Assembly (NCBI RefSeq): GCF_036321535.1
Contig: NC_087436.1
Coordinates: forward strand, 89,406,001 to 89,470,000
From: Camelus dromedarius
Lineage: Eukaryota
DNA: 64,000 nt
Direction: 5' to 3'
Part shown: in pieces, positions 10,255 to 23,120 of the stretch
Numbering within the stretch: position 1 is the stretch's first letter
Layout: the number at the start of each line of letters is the position of its first letter
Position numbers and translations under genes: made by a program
The notes under the pieces: model-generated
Seen by the model: the letters and a program-made list of their open reading frames with translations, nothing else
Told to the model about the DNA's origin: nothing
Database searches by the model: none

Positions 10255-13200
10255 TTTTGTTCATTCATTTGTTGAACGTATAGATCGTAAGAGACTGCTG
10301 TGTGCCAAGAACAATGTTAAGGTGTAAGATATATTTCTAAATCAGACACAAGCAAAACAGTATAGAGAGATAAAAATAACAGAAACAAATAACAAAATAA
10401 TTAAAGATAATGCTGTGAAACAATCCAGTAGCACACTAAGATAAAGAATTAAAACTGGGTGAGGGATCTTTTTCAGATACAGTGGTAGAGGAAGTCTTTT
10501 AAGCTGAGACCTAATGGTGACAGACATGGAAAGAATAAGCAAACATTGTTCTCAGGTAGAAAAAAAAGCAAGTGCAAAGATCCTAAGATACTAAATTGCT
10601 GAGATTTAGACAATGAAGGGGGTCCATTGAACCCGGAGATCCAGAACGCAAGAGGAAGAATCTCATGGGACTACCTTGGAGTTGTTAGCAGAAGCCAGAT
10701 TGTGCGAGGCCTTTTGTAGCGGAATTATCTTTTGGTGAACCTGGACGGCATTGGAGATTTTTAGGTGGTGGGAATGACGTGGAATGACTTACATTATAAC
10801 ATGATCCCTCTGGCTGCTGCACGATGAAAAGAAAGGCCTAGATATGGATGTGGAACAACACTGGAAGCAAAAAGACCAATGAAGAAGCTTTTAGTTCCTT
10901 GGTTCTCTCCATTAAGTTAATGGTGGCTTGGATTAAGATGGTAGATGTGGCAAAGATGAATATAAGCGGATGGAAGTCAGATACATTTTGGAGGTATAAT
11001 TCAACAAAGAATTAGTGATAGATTCCATATAGGTGGTAAAGGAACAAGAGAAATAAAAAATGACTCCTGGATTCTTTATTTTGAGAAAATGGACAGAGGA
11101 TAGTGTTATTTAGAGTGGAGAAGACTGGAAGAGGAACAGTACAAAAGGTGGGGTTGAAATCAAGAGATTATGTGTAGGTATATTAAACTTAGGACACATA
11201 TGTGGCATCCTAGTGATTGTACTTGGCTGAGAATATCAGAGAGAGTTTCGCCTGGAGTTTGCCATATATAAGGCTATGAGAGTACATGTCTAGAGAAGAG
11301 TCTAGAAAAAGCAGAGAAAAGAGCCCAGAACCAAGCCTCAAGGAACATTAACAATTGAGTAAGGGCAGAGAATGTAGAATTGTCAAAGGAGAATGAGAAA
11401 AAGTAGACTGTGATAAAGGCAGGCACTAGGAAAGTGTGGGTTGCAGCCAAGGGTTTGGAATATCTTAGGAAGGAGAGATGAGATACCTCTCAAGTTCTTT
11501 TAAGATATTAAGTAAGTACTGGTCACATGGAGATATTTCATTTTATTCACTTTTCATCAAAAATTCATTAATCATACCATATATGCCAGGCACTGTTCTA
11601 GGATGGCACTGGGGATATATTGGTGAACAAAAGAGACGCAGTTCCCTGCCCTCCTGAGTTGACACTCTACTGAAAGAGACAGAGAAGAAGCAGCAGAAGT
11701 AAGTAAGATACACAGTGTGTCAGATGTTGATAACTCTTATCCGGTAGTATAAAGCAGGGGAGGAGGTTGCGGTTTTAACTAGAATAGTTAGGAGGGACTT
11801 GAATGAAGTGGTATTTGAACTATGATCCTGAATAGATAAGAGCATAAGATGCATTTGGGTGGGATCTTCTAGTTAGAAGGAGCTCTACATGTAAACATGC
11901 ATGGAAATGTCACTGCAGTGAAGTTAACAGGGCTGAGGAGTAAGAAGGGGTCAGTGTGATACGTGGATGACGTTGTGGAAAGCTTCGCAAGCTGATGAGA
12001 ACTTTGCTTTCACTCTGAGCCATATCAGAAGTAATTAGAGGGATTCCAGTAGGGGCAAGACCTGAACTGGCTAATTTGCAAAGGCTCACCTTGGTTGCAG
12101 ATTGAGAACAGTGAGTCAGGGTCAAGGGCACCGAAGAAAGATGTTTTACGAGAAACCAAGCAAGAGATGATGGACATTTTGACCAAGCTTGTGGTAGAGA
12201 AGTTTGTAAAGTTGTAAGAAATGGTTATATATTAAAGTTCTAGTGCACTGGCAGCAGCTAGAATATGGGATGTGAGAAAAAGGGAGGTGTCAGTTCTGAC
12301 TCCAACATTTTTGACTTAAACATCTAGAAAAATGGAGCTGCCAAGACTGTGGCAGAAGCAGCTTAGCAGTGTGGATGAACAGTTTGTATGTGGATATGTT
12401 ACATTTGAGATGCTTACTAGACATAAAGTAAAGATAATCTTGGGATGCAGGGATACCTTGTATGTCAATATATATGGTATTTAAAGCCATAAGATTAAAG
12501 AGATCGCGAAGGAATTAAGGGTGATAGAGAAGAGGTAGAAATACTGCATTTCGAAGTCCCCAGTGTTAAGAGGTGGGGACAAAGGAGGAGGAATCTCTGT
12601 CCCAGGGAGACTGAAAAGGAGTAGCCTTTGAGGTAGGAGGAAGACTTCAGAAAGAGTGTACATACTGGATGTTAAGTAAAAAATAATCAAAAAGAGGACT
12701 TCAGAGTGGAGGCAGGATTGATCAATTCTGTCTAATGCTCCTGACAGATTAAGAAGGAACAGAACATAAAATGGACCACTAGATTTAGCAATATCTCCAT
12801 CTTCAGTGATTTTGGACAAGAGCAGCTTTGGTGGTGTGATGAAGATGAAAGTCTGGCTGTGTGGGTTCCAGAGGGAACGGGAAGAGTTTCTGGGCATTTG
12901 TACAGGGAAGCAGAGAAATGGGCTGGTAAGTGGAATAAGAAGTAGCATCAGGAGAGCTTTTTTAAAAATGAGACAAAGAAATTTTTTTTTTTGAAGTTTT
13001 TGGGAACAATGCTGTGGGCAGGGAAAAACTGATGGTATTGACTAAAGGAATTTTAGTGGATCCTGAGCATGAAAACTAGATTTTAATAGGTAATGGAGTA
13101 AATTAGAAGCGAAGAGTTCCAGGCTATCTGCATAGGTTTTTTTTTCCCCCCCAAAAGTTTAAATATGAAAGAGAAGAGGAAGAGGGAAGGTTGTCTTATT

Positions 13201-13330
13201 GTAAGGATTAGAAATACCATAACCTGTTTGTGTACCACTGGAAACAGACTGGTAGAGAATAATTTAATATTGGAGTGAAGGGAAGGGATAACTGAAAGAC
13301 ATATGCCCTTGAGAAGACAAGACACTGTAG
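10255..13330 (-). mobile_element. L2 LINE cluster (at least two antisense copies; second 3' end near 11560)
   Basis: CATTCATTCATTTGTTGA...TGTGCCAAG and ATGCCAGGCACTGTTCTAGG L2 3'-end signatures, each followed by a long purine-rich decayed body; boundaries approximate. Confidence 0.65.
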
Positions 13331-13959
13331 AATCCAGAACACAAATTTACTTTCTCATGCTCTTGGTTTAACAAAAAAAAGATAGCCTGGTACTAACACA
13401 TACATACACATTCTCTAGGGCAAGAATATGCAAAATGCGTTTGTTGTTTCCTGGAATAAGCACTATACAATCCAGACATAGGTTGTTAATATCTTGGTGG
13501 ACATTTAAATACTATTTAACTGGGATGTTAGTTTTCTTTTAGATGAAAAATACATCAACCTGCATTTATATATCATTAAACAAAGAGCTGTGTTATTGTC
13601 TAGGCCTTTTTAATGTATTTCTTTGAAAAAAGATTCTGCTGCATAGAATTGGATTCTGGATTAATAATCTTTGGTTCATGACATACTCTCATTATTGGTC
13701 CGCATATAACCTTTTATCCATACATCTATTCATCTATTCCTTCATTTATTGTAATATGATAAACACTCACTTAAATCATTAATAAACCTTGACGGCTTAT
13801 TCTGCCCTTGGTCTGCCTCATCCTATTTGCCTGTTTTCCCATCCAAACCACCATTCTGCGTCCTTTTTAAATTGTTGCGTAGATTGATTTGAATATCACT
13901 TTAGCTCAACTTTATTTTTAATAAAGAAATTGAAGTTTTACAAATTGAATTGTTTTGGA

Positions 13960-14570
13960 CATGCTATTTATAATTTTTTGATGCCTTTCCCCCTTAATTG
14001 TGTATGCCTAAGACTCATTCTTATTGCTGTGTATTGCTACAGATCATTCATTTTGACTGCCGTGTGATATTCCCATTGCATGGGAACCAGCTGATTCATC
14101 TGCTCTGTTGGCAGTAGGCATTTTGCTTGTTTCCAAGATTGTGTTGCTGTGAATATTCTGGTCCAAATTTCCTGCTGTAAATGTGCAAGAGTTCCTTTTG
14201 CATATATATCCAAGAATGGATTTTTCTGGATCTTAGTGTAAGTGGGAGTTCAACTTGATGAGATAATGCCAAACTGTTTTTTGTGGTGGTTTTACAAATT
14301 CAAACTCCCATTTACATGAATATGAGATTCAAGATCCATAAACCCTTCAACACTGTAGAAAAGAAATTTATATATATATATATACATATATACATGAATA
14401 CTTGAAATGGCATTTTAATATGAAGTGATTTGAATTTTTCTGATTTCTATTGTGGTTGAACATCTTTTCAAACCTTTATTGCCTGCAAGAATTTTCCTCC
14501 TGTGAATTGCATTTTCATCTTTTGCTCATATATGATTTTTGTGTTTAGTACTTTTCTTATTTATTTTTGA
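13960..14570 (-). mobile_element. Ancient L1 (L1ME-like) fragment
   Basis: GCTGTGAATATTCTG...CATATATATCCAAGAATGGATTTTTCTGGATC...AATGCCAAACTGTTTT antisense L1 signature. Confidence 0.6.
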
Positions 14571-15964
14571 TGGTTTTACTATTGAAAAAGTAGAGCTGGT
14601 TTGATGGAAGGATCATAGCATCAAGGAAGCACTAATCTATAATGTCATCTAAGTAAAACTATATAGTTATTTGCTTTCTCAACAATATCGGTAGACATCT
14701 GTTCCTTGTTTAATATGCAGGAAGGCTAGTGTTTCTATATTTTGTAAGTGACAAGTGAAATTAGAGATTTCTTTAAATATTTCACTAAGATTCCTTATTG
14801 TTGTACTTCTTAGGTACTCTAAGTCTCTCGATCTGGGGAGACACATTAATAGTGTTTTGTAAAATGCAGCTAGATACATAGATTTAAGTGGCTGAAAAAC
14901 TAGAAATCTGTCCTCCAGTGCATAGTTGGGGAGGAGTGTGGAGAACAAGGGTTGACTTGTTTCAACATCTGCACAACAGCTTAAATGTCTTTCGCCTGAG
15001 TGTGGCATCAGATTGGACCCTGTTATTGGAGAGGAAATTAAAAAGTGGTATTTTTGTACAGCTAAAATAAACAGTGGGAAATTATTTGAGACATTGTTAA
15101 TTGCCTTCCCCCCTTCCAAGCAAGTTAGATTCATTAATAAGATAATGAATAAGATAATTAACAACACTAATTAAGATATGAATAAGATAATTAATAACAA
15201 TAGGAGTATTCCTCTGAATTTGATCCTGGTGGTCTTGGCTTTTTTGAAGACTGTTGAAGAGCACTTTGCCTTAGAAATTGTCCACTCTATTTGGGGGATG
15301 AAAAACTAGTTCCCTACTACCAAAGAAGGACATTTTAAAATAAAAGATGCATTTTGTGTTACACAAATGCATATAAAATTATGAGAAGACCTCCCAAGTT
15401 CAAAATTATCTGGCTTCTACATAATTATGCTCTTAGGAAGGCTGATTTAAACATCTTAAACAGTAGTGTTACAGGAAGCATCTTTAAGAATTATTTTTAA
15501 TTGCATAGTGATCATTACTGAAAACTGATTTATTGGAAATTTATTACATTTAAGGCCTGAGATTCATTCTGGGGATGATACAAATACAAATAAAACACAG
15601 ATTCTGCTTTAATCAGGAAGTAGTTTAACTGATGTTTTTCCATTTGGGTGATTTTAAAATGACTACCAAAACGATATTAGGAAGGCAATCCAACACATAC
15701 TTATTTACCACCTAGAATGTGTAAGGCACTGTATTAGTTTGGGACTTCCAAGAGGGTTAAGATTTTGTCTTTGCCATTAAGGAGACAAAGATGGACTCAA
15801 GCTTGCAATAATAGGAAAAAGAGCAAAGGCCTAGAAAGGCCTATGGAATGGAATGGAAAAGCAGGAACATAGCTCAGAAACTACTTGTGAAACAAAACAG
15901 GAATTGTAGGTATGTAAATGTGTAAAATCATATATAAGTAGTTAATTGTTGATTTATTGTTTAA

Positions 15965-16190
15965 TGAAATAGTGTAGTAAATCTAGAACACACTTCAGAG
16001 CTCAATACAAGGGGTTATAATTCTGGCTCTGGAATGTGATATTTAACCTGTGTGAGCTCAGTTTCCAGATCCATAAGCTTCTTATGATAGTGTCACCCCT
16101 GGAGGGTGCTGTGAGGACTGAATGAAATAGCATATGGGAAGAACCTAGGAACCTGCTTGGCACATGGAAGGCCTTAAGTAAATAGTAACA
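15965..16190 (+). mobile_element. MIR SINE
   Basis: TTTAACCTGTGTGAGCTCAGTTTCC...GTGAGGACTGAATGAAATAG...TGGCACATGG. Confidence 0.6.
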
Positions 16191-16239
16191 GTATCTCTAC
16201 TTGTTGTTCTTTGTGTGAGCACTTGCACACATACGCACC

Positions 16240-17385
16240 CCTGGATCTGTCCACTCTCCGTCCCACTGCTACACCCCTAGTCCAGGACACCGTCATCTCC
16301 TGACGGGGCTAGGACGGCAGCCTTTGAGAAGAGCCCTTCTCCTACCCTTGTTTCTCTCTAATTTGCTGTCCCTAAAACTGCCAGAGTGGTTTTGTAAAAA
16401 AATATAATTCAGATCAGATACTTTCCTTATATCCAACCCTCAGTGGTCTCCCACTGATTAAGGGATACGATTCAAACTTCTTGTCACAGCCTATAAGCAG
16501 AGGCAGATTTGGACTGCATATCAGAAGGAGAAAACTTGGGAAAAGAACACAGAAGAGATATCAACCTCTGTATATATTTTCCACAGACTGAGTGGCTTAA
16601 ATAGCAGCACATTTATTTTTTCCCAATTCTTGAGGCTAGCAGTCCAAGATCAAGGTGTCAGCAGAATTGGTTTCTTCTATGCACTCTCTCCTTGGCTCCT
16701 AGATGGCGAGTTCTCTGTGTCTTCCCATGTTTTTTCCTTCTCTGTGATTCAGTGTCCTAATCTCCTCTTCTTATAAGGACACCAGTCAGATTAGGACCCA
16801 CTTCAGTTTAAATTTATTCTCCTTGTAAAGACCCTATCTCAATAGGATCACATTCTGTGGTACTAGGTGCTAGACCTTCAACATATGAGTTTAGGAGGAA
16901 CGGAATTCAGCCCGCAGCAACTTCTTTCACTGGGATTTCTACAAGTCTAACAACTGTCACCATAACATACTATATATGTGTTGCGTAAAGGATACGGCTT
17001 TCAGAATATGGGCAGAGAAGTAGGTGCTCTGTCCGAGCTTTTCCCCTTGAAGTTCTCTGCACCTGAAATGCAGCTCTCTCCACTCTTCCAATGTCATGAT
17101 CATCTTCTAGGTCTCATTTTAAAAGTCACTGCTTTGAAGGGTGGCTAAAAAAATCTGCAGTGGCTTTCCCAGTCTCTCCCTCTCTTAACAGCCTGTTTTG
17201 TTTCTCTTGTGAATGACAGCATTCTTCCATTTCATTTATTTCTTTATTATTTATACTTTGACTCCCGCAGTCACACAGTAACTCCCTGAGGCAGGGAACT
17301 TGTGAGTCATGCTTCCACTGTCACCCCAGGTCCTAGCATAGAACCTGACCTACAGCAGGTGGTCACTCAATACATAGTGACCGAA
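16240..17385 (+). mobile_element. L2 LINE (sense), interrupted by an MLT1 LTR
   Basis: CCACTGCTACACCCCTAGTCCAGG... and 3' end CTCCCTGAGGCAGGGAACTTGTG...CCCCAGGTCCTAGCATAG...CACTCAATAC. Confidence 0.6.
16569..16919 (-). mobile_element. MaLR solo LTR (MLT1A/B-like)
   Basis: TG...CA ends; GGCTAGCAGTCCAAGATCAAGGTGTCAGCAG and CTTATAAGGACACCAGTC motifs; 5-bp TSD ACCTC/ACTTC. Confidence 0.8.
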
Positions 17386-17784
17386 CCGGTGTCCAAATGG
17401 AATTTCTCTACCAATTTTATGTTTTTAGGATCTTATTCAATCTCAGAGATGTTTATGATCATATAAAGCAAATACTGAATAATGTCACAAACAAAAACTG
17501 AGGTTGTAATTTCTGAACATAAAGCGTTTTCCAGGAATCATTGAAAGAGTAGTATGTTATATAAGAATTTGAAAATATCTATCATTATCATGTAATCATT
17601 ATAACCATAAGAATTAGCATACACCCACACACCTTAAAATACATTTATAAGGAAAAATATGATTGGCCTAATTCCATCCTCTCCTATATTTCCCCTGCTT
17701 CCATAGAACACCTATGGTATTAATATTTTACAGGACACAGTTTGATAAATATTGTTCTAGAAAACAAACACCTTCTGTGAAATA

Positions 17785-17933
17785 GAGCATCATCTAGGAA
17801 GTTGTTAACAATGAAAATTGTCAGGCCCTACCTTAGAGCTGCTGAATCAGAAAGTCTGGGGTGGGGTCCATCAAACTGTGCTTTAACAAACCATCTGGGG
17901 GATTCTGATACAGTTAAAGTTTGAGAACCAGTA
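17785..17933. mobile_element. MER5A-like hAT-Charlie DNA transposon fossil
   Basis: CTGAATCAGAAAGTCTGGGGTGGGGTCC...TTTAACAAACCATCTGGGGGATTCTGAT...AAAGTTTGAGAACCAGT. Confidence 0.75.
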
Positions 17934-19769
17934 TCCTGTATTAATCTTCAAAGTAACTTGATTTCTCAAGAATCTTTTCAAACAGTCTTTTTGGCAGGAC
18001 TTACTCAACCTTAATTGTTCTGAGTATTTCTCCTTGCCCTGATCTGCCCTGAAATAGTGGTTTGTTTTTTGTTTTTGAACACGTTGGCAGTTGTCCTTAA
18101 GAAATTAGGAGAGTGATTTCTCCTACTTTTGAAACTTCTTGAATGAAATCTCTATATTCTAAGGTTCAACACACCTTGCTTGCTTCCTGGGTTACCTGTC
18201 TATTCCTGGAACACTTGGAACGTAAGCTTATTACTACCATATTTTTGTTGTTGCTGTTGTTTCCAATTTCTCATTCAAACAAAAATTCTACTAACTTTTC
18301 ACATTTTCTCTCTGTATTCCAAAGGTATTATTTTTTAAAAAATGAAAACTCATGGCAGATCAGCCTGATCTATACTTTTTTTCTCACTGTGCTTCCAAAG
18401 GACACATTTTTCTTGGGATACTTACTCAAAAAGGAATTTTGTCATTCTTCCTCAAACTATTTTTACTTCTGTGTCTTGATCTTCACTGTATGTAGAGAGA
18501 AATATTCTCATTCTTTAGACCCAGGGCATTAAACTATTCCAACTACTTTTTGTGAGTTTTTTGAGGATAACTTTAGTGTTATGAGGATAACTTTAGACCT
18601 AGGGCATTAAACTATTCCAATTGCTTTTCGTGGATTGTTTTGTTTTGTTTTGTTTTTTTGGCATAAATCCAATTGCCCAGCTAGTATCCAAGGGAAATAG
18701 TCCATCTTGATAGCAGATGTTATTCTTTCCAGGATGGAATATGTAGCCCCTGGCCAAACAGTGTTATAAACCATCAGTTAAGAAATAACATTCAAGAGTG
18801 CAACAAATTTTAGTTTTTATTAGTGATAAAATCAATACTATGTATAATAATTATTACTATCATTATTGAGCATGTGATGTTCTGGAGACTGGGACAAGTG
18901 ATTTACATGTATCATTTCAGTTAATGCTCATTAAAACGTTTACCTCTGATGATATGTGACTTGACGAAAATCATATGATTAGAAAGTGTTGGAGCCAAAT
19001 TTGAACTTCAGAATCCCTGATTTTTAGCATCATGCTTAACCCAGGTTGCAGTAATTTTCCTTTGTCTAAAATCTGTGCCAGCCCCATTGCCATGATGCTG
19101 CCATATTTCTTTTCTGCCAAACACACACATGTACTTTTTCCAGAACCAGTCTTATTTAGACGAGGAAAGACTCTCAGTAGTGGTCATTATTGGAAGTGAA
19201 GAGAAACTAATACTTGCTAAGTCCTTCCATGAGAGAGTAACTGTGCTTGGGGTCTCACGTGAGCAATTTCATTTGATTGCTATCCACAGTCTTGCCTGAT
19301 CCGTGTGCTTGTTGCTATTGAGAAGTTAAGTAACTTGCCCCAGCTCACACAGCAAGGAGCAAAGTGTAAATAAGTCTGACTTTTAGGAGAGCTTGTCTTT
19401 GATGCTAATCACCAGTGGATGGTCTGCCTGTTGTTAAAGGTGACATAACTCATTTTTGTGTATTAGTTGGTTGCCAGTATCCTCGACTCACCAAAGATGC
19501 GTTCCTCACGGCCGTTACAGTTCTTCTCCTCCTCACTCTTGTGGTTAAGTTCCCTCTTTTTAACAGCTCACTTCTTTACTAAAGGTCAATCAGATGATGG
19601 ACTTTAAAAAAATCACAAAGGCTAAAAGCTTTTGTTCCCTCACTGCCTGTTGTCACAGTGCCTGGGGGTGATGTATCTTTGAAGGAACAAGGTTCCTGGT
19701 AAGTAACTGGGGTTTCTTTTTGCCTGTAAGTAAACATTGCTTTCCGGTTTTATTGTTCTTTTGTCTACA

Positions 19770-19772
<3 letters not shown>

Positions 19773-19810
<38 letters not shown>
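19773..19810. repeat. (GT)19 microsatellite
   Basis: Direct reading; about 140 nt upstream of exon 3. Confidence 0.95.
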
Positions 19811-19814
<4 letters not shown>

Positions 19815-19837
19815 GCATTATCTCACTGAAAATTTAA

Positions 19838-20050
<213 letters not shown>

Positions 20051-20904
20051 TGAGGTTTGAAGAAAATATGCAGAAAAGAGGGCAATTAACAATAATTTTG
20101 CAGTTGATCACACAGAGCTAGGAAGTCAAAGAACAGCCTAAAAAGTTTATAAGAAGTAAGACACTGAATTTGCATTGCAGCTCTAACATCTGAGTATCTT
20201 TTGGTTTGGAGTTATTCTCAACAAAGAAAAGAACTTTCTATTATGAGTCCCCATAGCACAATATTGTATGTAATATTTTTTCCCTTAGAAGATTTTTGAG
20301 GAGGAGAAAATTAGAGAGTGTAATTAGTTTTGGTATGAAACTATATTGTAGTCATAATTGCATTTAGTATTCTATATTGGTCCAATTCCTCACTACCCTT
20401 CCCCCACTTCCCTCTCACTCACACTTAAAGAGCTTAGAAGATCAAGCACTGGTCAGGATTAATTTATCCATTCAGTTGTGCTCTCTAATAGTAAATATTT
20501 TTAGTTTACACGTCAAAGAAACAACTTTACTTTTTTCCTTGACCCTAGGCTAATTTTAATAAATTCTGTGGACATCAAATTTCTGTTTTACATGTTTTAC
20601 TTTGTCTTAAAGAGATGCGTACAATTTTATGATTAATTGTGCAATGATAATTGTTACGCATTAACTAATTTTGCTAGTTGATTTAAAACGAAGTACAACT
20701 GTAATTACCTGGTGCTGGCAGTTTTATTAAATTATAGTAATTATTCTTGAATGATTAACATGTATGATAATATATTTATCTAACAAATGTAGAAGATTTA
20801 AGGTATCAGGATGGATATAACATGCTTTAATTGCTGAGAATCTTTTGGTTCCATTGATTTGTTTTGAAAAATTCTGCTCCTATTTGTTTTTGTTTGGGAT
20901 AGTT

Positions 20905-20926
20905 TGTGTGTGTGTGTGTGTGTGTG
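20905..20926. repeat. (TG)11 microsatellite
   Basis: Direct reading; about 90 nt upstream of exon 4. Confidence 0.95.
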
Positions 20927-21013
20927 GGAAAGAGACTAGAATTTAATGCATTTTTCTCCATATTTATGTGTAGTCATCTGTGATTTGAATATGTCACAAA
21001 CTAATTTCCCTAG

Positions 21014-21234
21014 GAATACACAATGGATGTGTTCTTCAGACAGACATGGATTGACAAAAGACTAAAATACGATGGCCCCATTGAAATTTTGAGATTGAAC
21101 AATATGATGGTAACAAAAGTATGGACCCCTGATACTTTTTTCAGGAATGGAAAGAAATCTGTCTCACATAATATGACAGCTCCAAATAAGCTTTTTAGAA
21201 TTATGAGAAATGGCACCATTTTATACACAATGAG
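21014..21234 (+). CDS. GABRA4: GABRA4 exon 4 ([19 protein letters not shown]...[39 protein letters not shown])
   Basis: CCCTAG acceptor, GAG|GTAGTC donor; 221 nt. [10 protein letters not shown] has Arg (codon 135, 21143-21145) where benzodiazepine-sensitive alpha subunits have His, diagnostic of alpha4/alpha6. Confidence 0.98.
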
Positions 21235-21244
21235 GTAGTCATTG

Positions 21245-21382
21245 TTTTCTTTCTCCCTTTTTCCCTCTGTTTTTCCTGTCCGTCCATCCTTCCTTCCTTC
21301 CTTCCTTTCTTCCTTCCTTCCTTCCTTCCTCCCTTCCTTCCTTCCTTCCTGTCTTTCTTTTTCCTTCCTTCCCTCTTCCTCA
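21245..21382. repeat. (CCTT)n / pyrimidine tract filling most of the 216-nt intron 4
   Basis: Direct reading. Confidence 0.9.
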
Positions 21383-21450
21383 TTTAGGGATCTATAAAAT
21401 TATTTTAAAAGAAAGAGTTGATTTTGTTTAATTGCTTTTTTCCATCATAG

Positions 21451-21533
21451 GCTTACCATAAGTGCAGAATGTCCCATGAGATTGGTGGATTTCCCCATGG
21501 ATGGTCATGCATGCCCTTTGAAATTTGGGAGTT
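21451..21533 (+). CDS. GABRA4: GABRA4 exon 5 (Cys-loop: [27 protein letters not shown])
   Basis: CATAG acceptor, GTT|GTAAGT donor; 83 nt; C-x13-C Cys-loop signature. Confidence 0.98.
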
Positions 21534-22881
21534 GTAAGTTAATACACGATGTTGTTAGAATTTATGATTATCTTATGACAGCTGATATTTTTACACGTGC
21601 ATGATTTTCCATAGTCCAACATTTAAATCATTATCCATGACAATAACTGGTCAACATTTGACTTTTAGGAGACTGTTTATTATCTAATATATTGAAATAA
21701 AGAAGTAAAACCCACCCCTTTCCCCCAAAGAGCAACACCCTATTTCTGCCTCCCTAGCCTACCTAGATAGCCTAGGTAAATTGATTCATAATTAATAGGT
21801 TGGTGATCAGTGGTGAAATTTAGGAACCTCTGAACTCCATGTGTTGGTGGTGTAACATAGGAAGTATAAATCTTTTTTTTTTTTTTTTTGTAGTTTAACA
21901 GTTTCTGTTCTAAGCAGAATCCTTTACGGTAGACTTAAAAAAAAGCAGAAAAAAGGTTTAGGGCTTCTTGACATGACATAGGTTACAACATAAGCAGCAC
22001 TGTTAGTATGATGTGGTCTGATATGTAGACAGAGCAAGATATTATAGTGCCATATAGACCACATTAAGGAGTCTGGGTATTGTTCTAAATGCTATAGGAT
22101 GTCTTTGGAAAGTTTTACTAAGGGGCGTGGCATTCTTTGACATTTCACAATTTCATTTCAGCTTTTCTATGAAGAATGGATTCTAGAGAAACTAGAGAAG
22201 ATGCAGAGAAGAGTTGGAGGCTGTATGTCTTAGTACAAAGATGGTGATGACTTAGACTAGCGTGGTACCAGAGGAGGAGTGAGATAGATGGATGTGGCCT
22301 GTGTTGTGGAGGTGAAGGCAAGAGGATGGAATGAATGGGTAGGACAGAATATGGAATTCCTTTCCCCTAAGCTGCCTTCTCAGGGATGGCAGGAAATGTG
22401 ATTGCCTCTTCTAACGTCTGCCTCAAATATTTGACTCAATCAGACTCTACCAAAAATAGATGCTGACTTTTACTATTGCTTCAGATTCTTCGTCGCACTG
22501 ATTGTGAAACTGTTGCCTGCTGTTATTATTGCTCATTGCTTAACTTAATGAGAATCGGCAGTCACCATGCTTTTTATAACACCTAGTAATCACAATATTC
22601 AGTTGGGTTAACTTGAAGCTAGAATCATTTTTCCTCTGACCAGTGATTTAATAAGATGATAAAAACAGAAAAATAGGTAGACAGAAAGGATGATCTTACT
22701 GGGGCCAGAATTTAAAACGATTTGTACTGTAGTAATTTAAATTTCACCCAAGATACTCTAATCTAGGGGCAGTCCTTTCCCACCCATTCCCCTCCAGCTC
22801 TCATAGGAAGCCTTCTCCAGGGTGACTTGAGCATAGTTGGCCCTCACTCAGATTTGAATAAAATAAAGAAATTACTCCTTG

Positions 22882-23120
22882 AGTTCAAGATTTGTAGATA
22901 CTGACAGGTATATATAGAATAGATAAACAAGTTTATACTGTATAGCACAGGGAAATATACACAAGATCTTGAAGTAGCTCACAGTGAAAAAGAATATGAA
23001 AATGAATAAATGTATATTCATGTATGTATGACTGAAGAATTGTGCTGTACACCAGAAATTGACATAACATTGTAAACTGACTATAAATCAATCAAAAAAA
23101 AAAAAAGACAGTAAAAAAAA
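22882..23120 (+). mobile_element. Young 5'-truncated L1 (cetartiodactyl-type 3' UTR)
   Basis: ACTGTATAGCACAGGGAA...GCTGTACACCAGAAATTGAC motif, poly(A) tail, perfect 17-bp TSD AAAGAAATTACTCCTTG (22865-22881, 23121-23137). Confidence 0.9.

Noticed and set aside
12481..15167. 155-aa (12481-12948) and 162-aa (14679-15167) minus-strand ORFs and other 60-140 aa intronic ORFs
   Set aside because: They lie in decayed repeats or AT-rich intron, with no domain similarity or splice support; consistent with chance.
21126..21144. Acceptor-like CCCCTGATACTTTTTTCAG inside exon 4
   Set aside because: Dictated by the PDTFFR codons; the branch-like CTGAT is too close to the AG.
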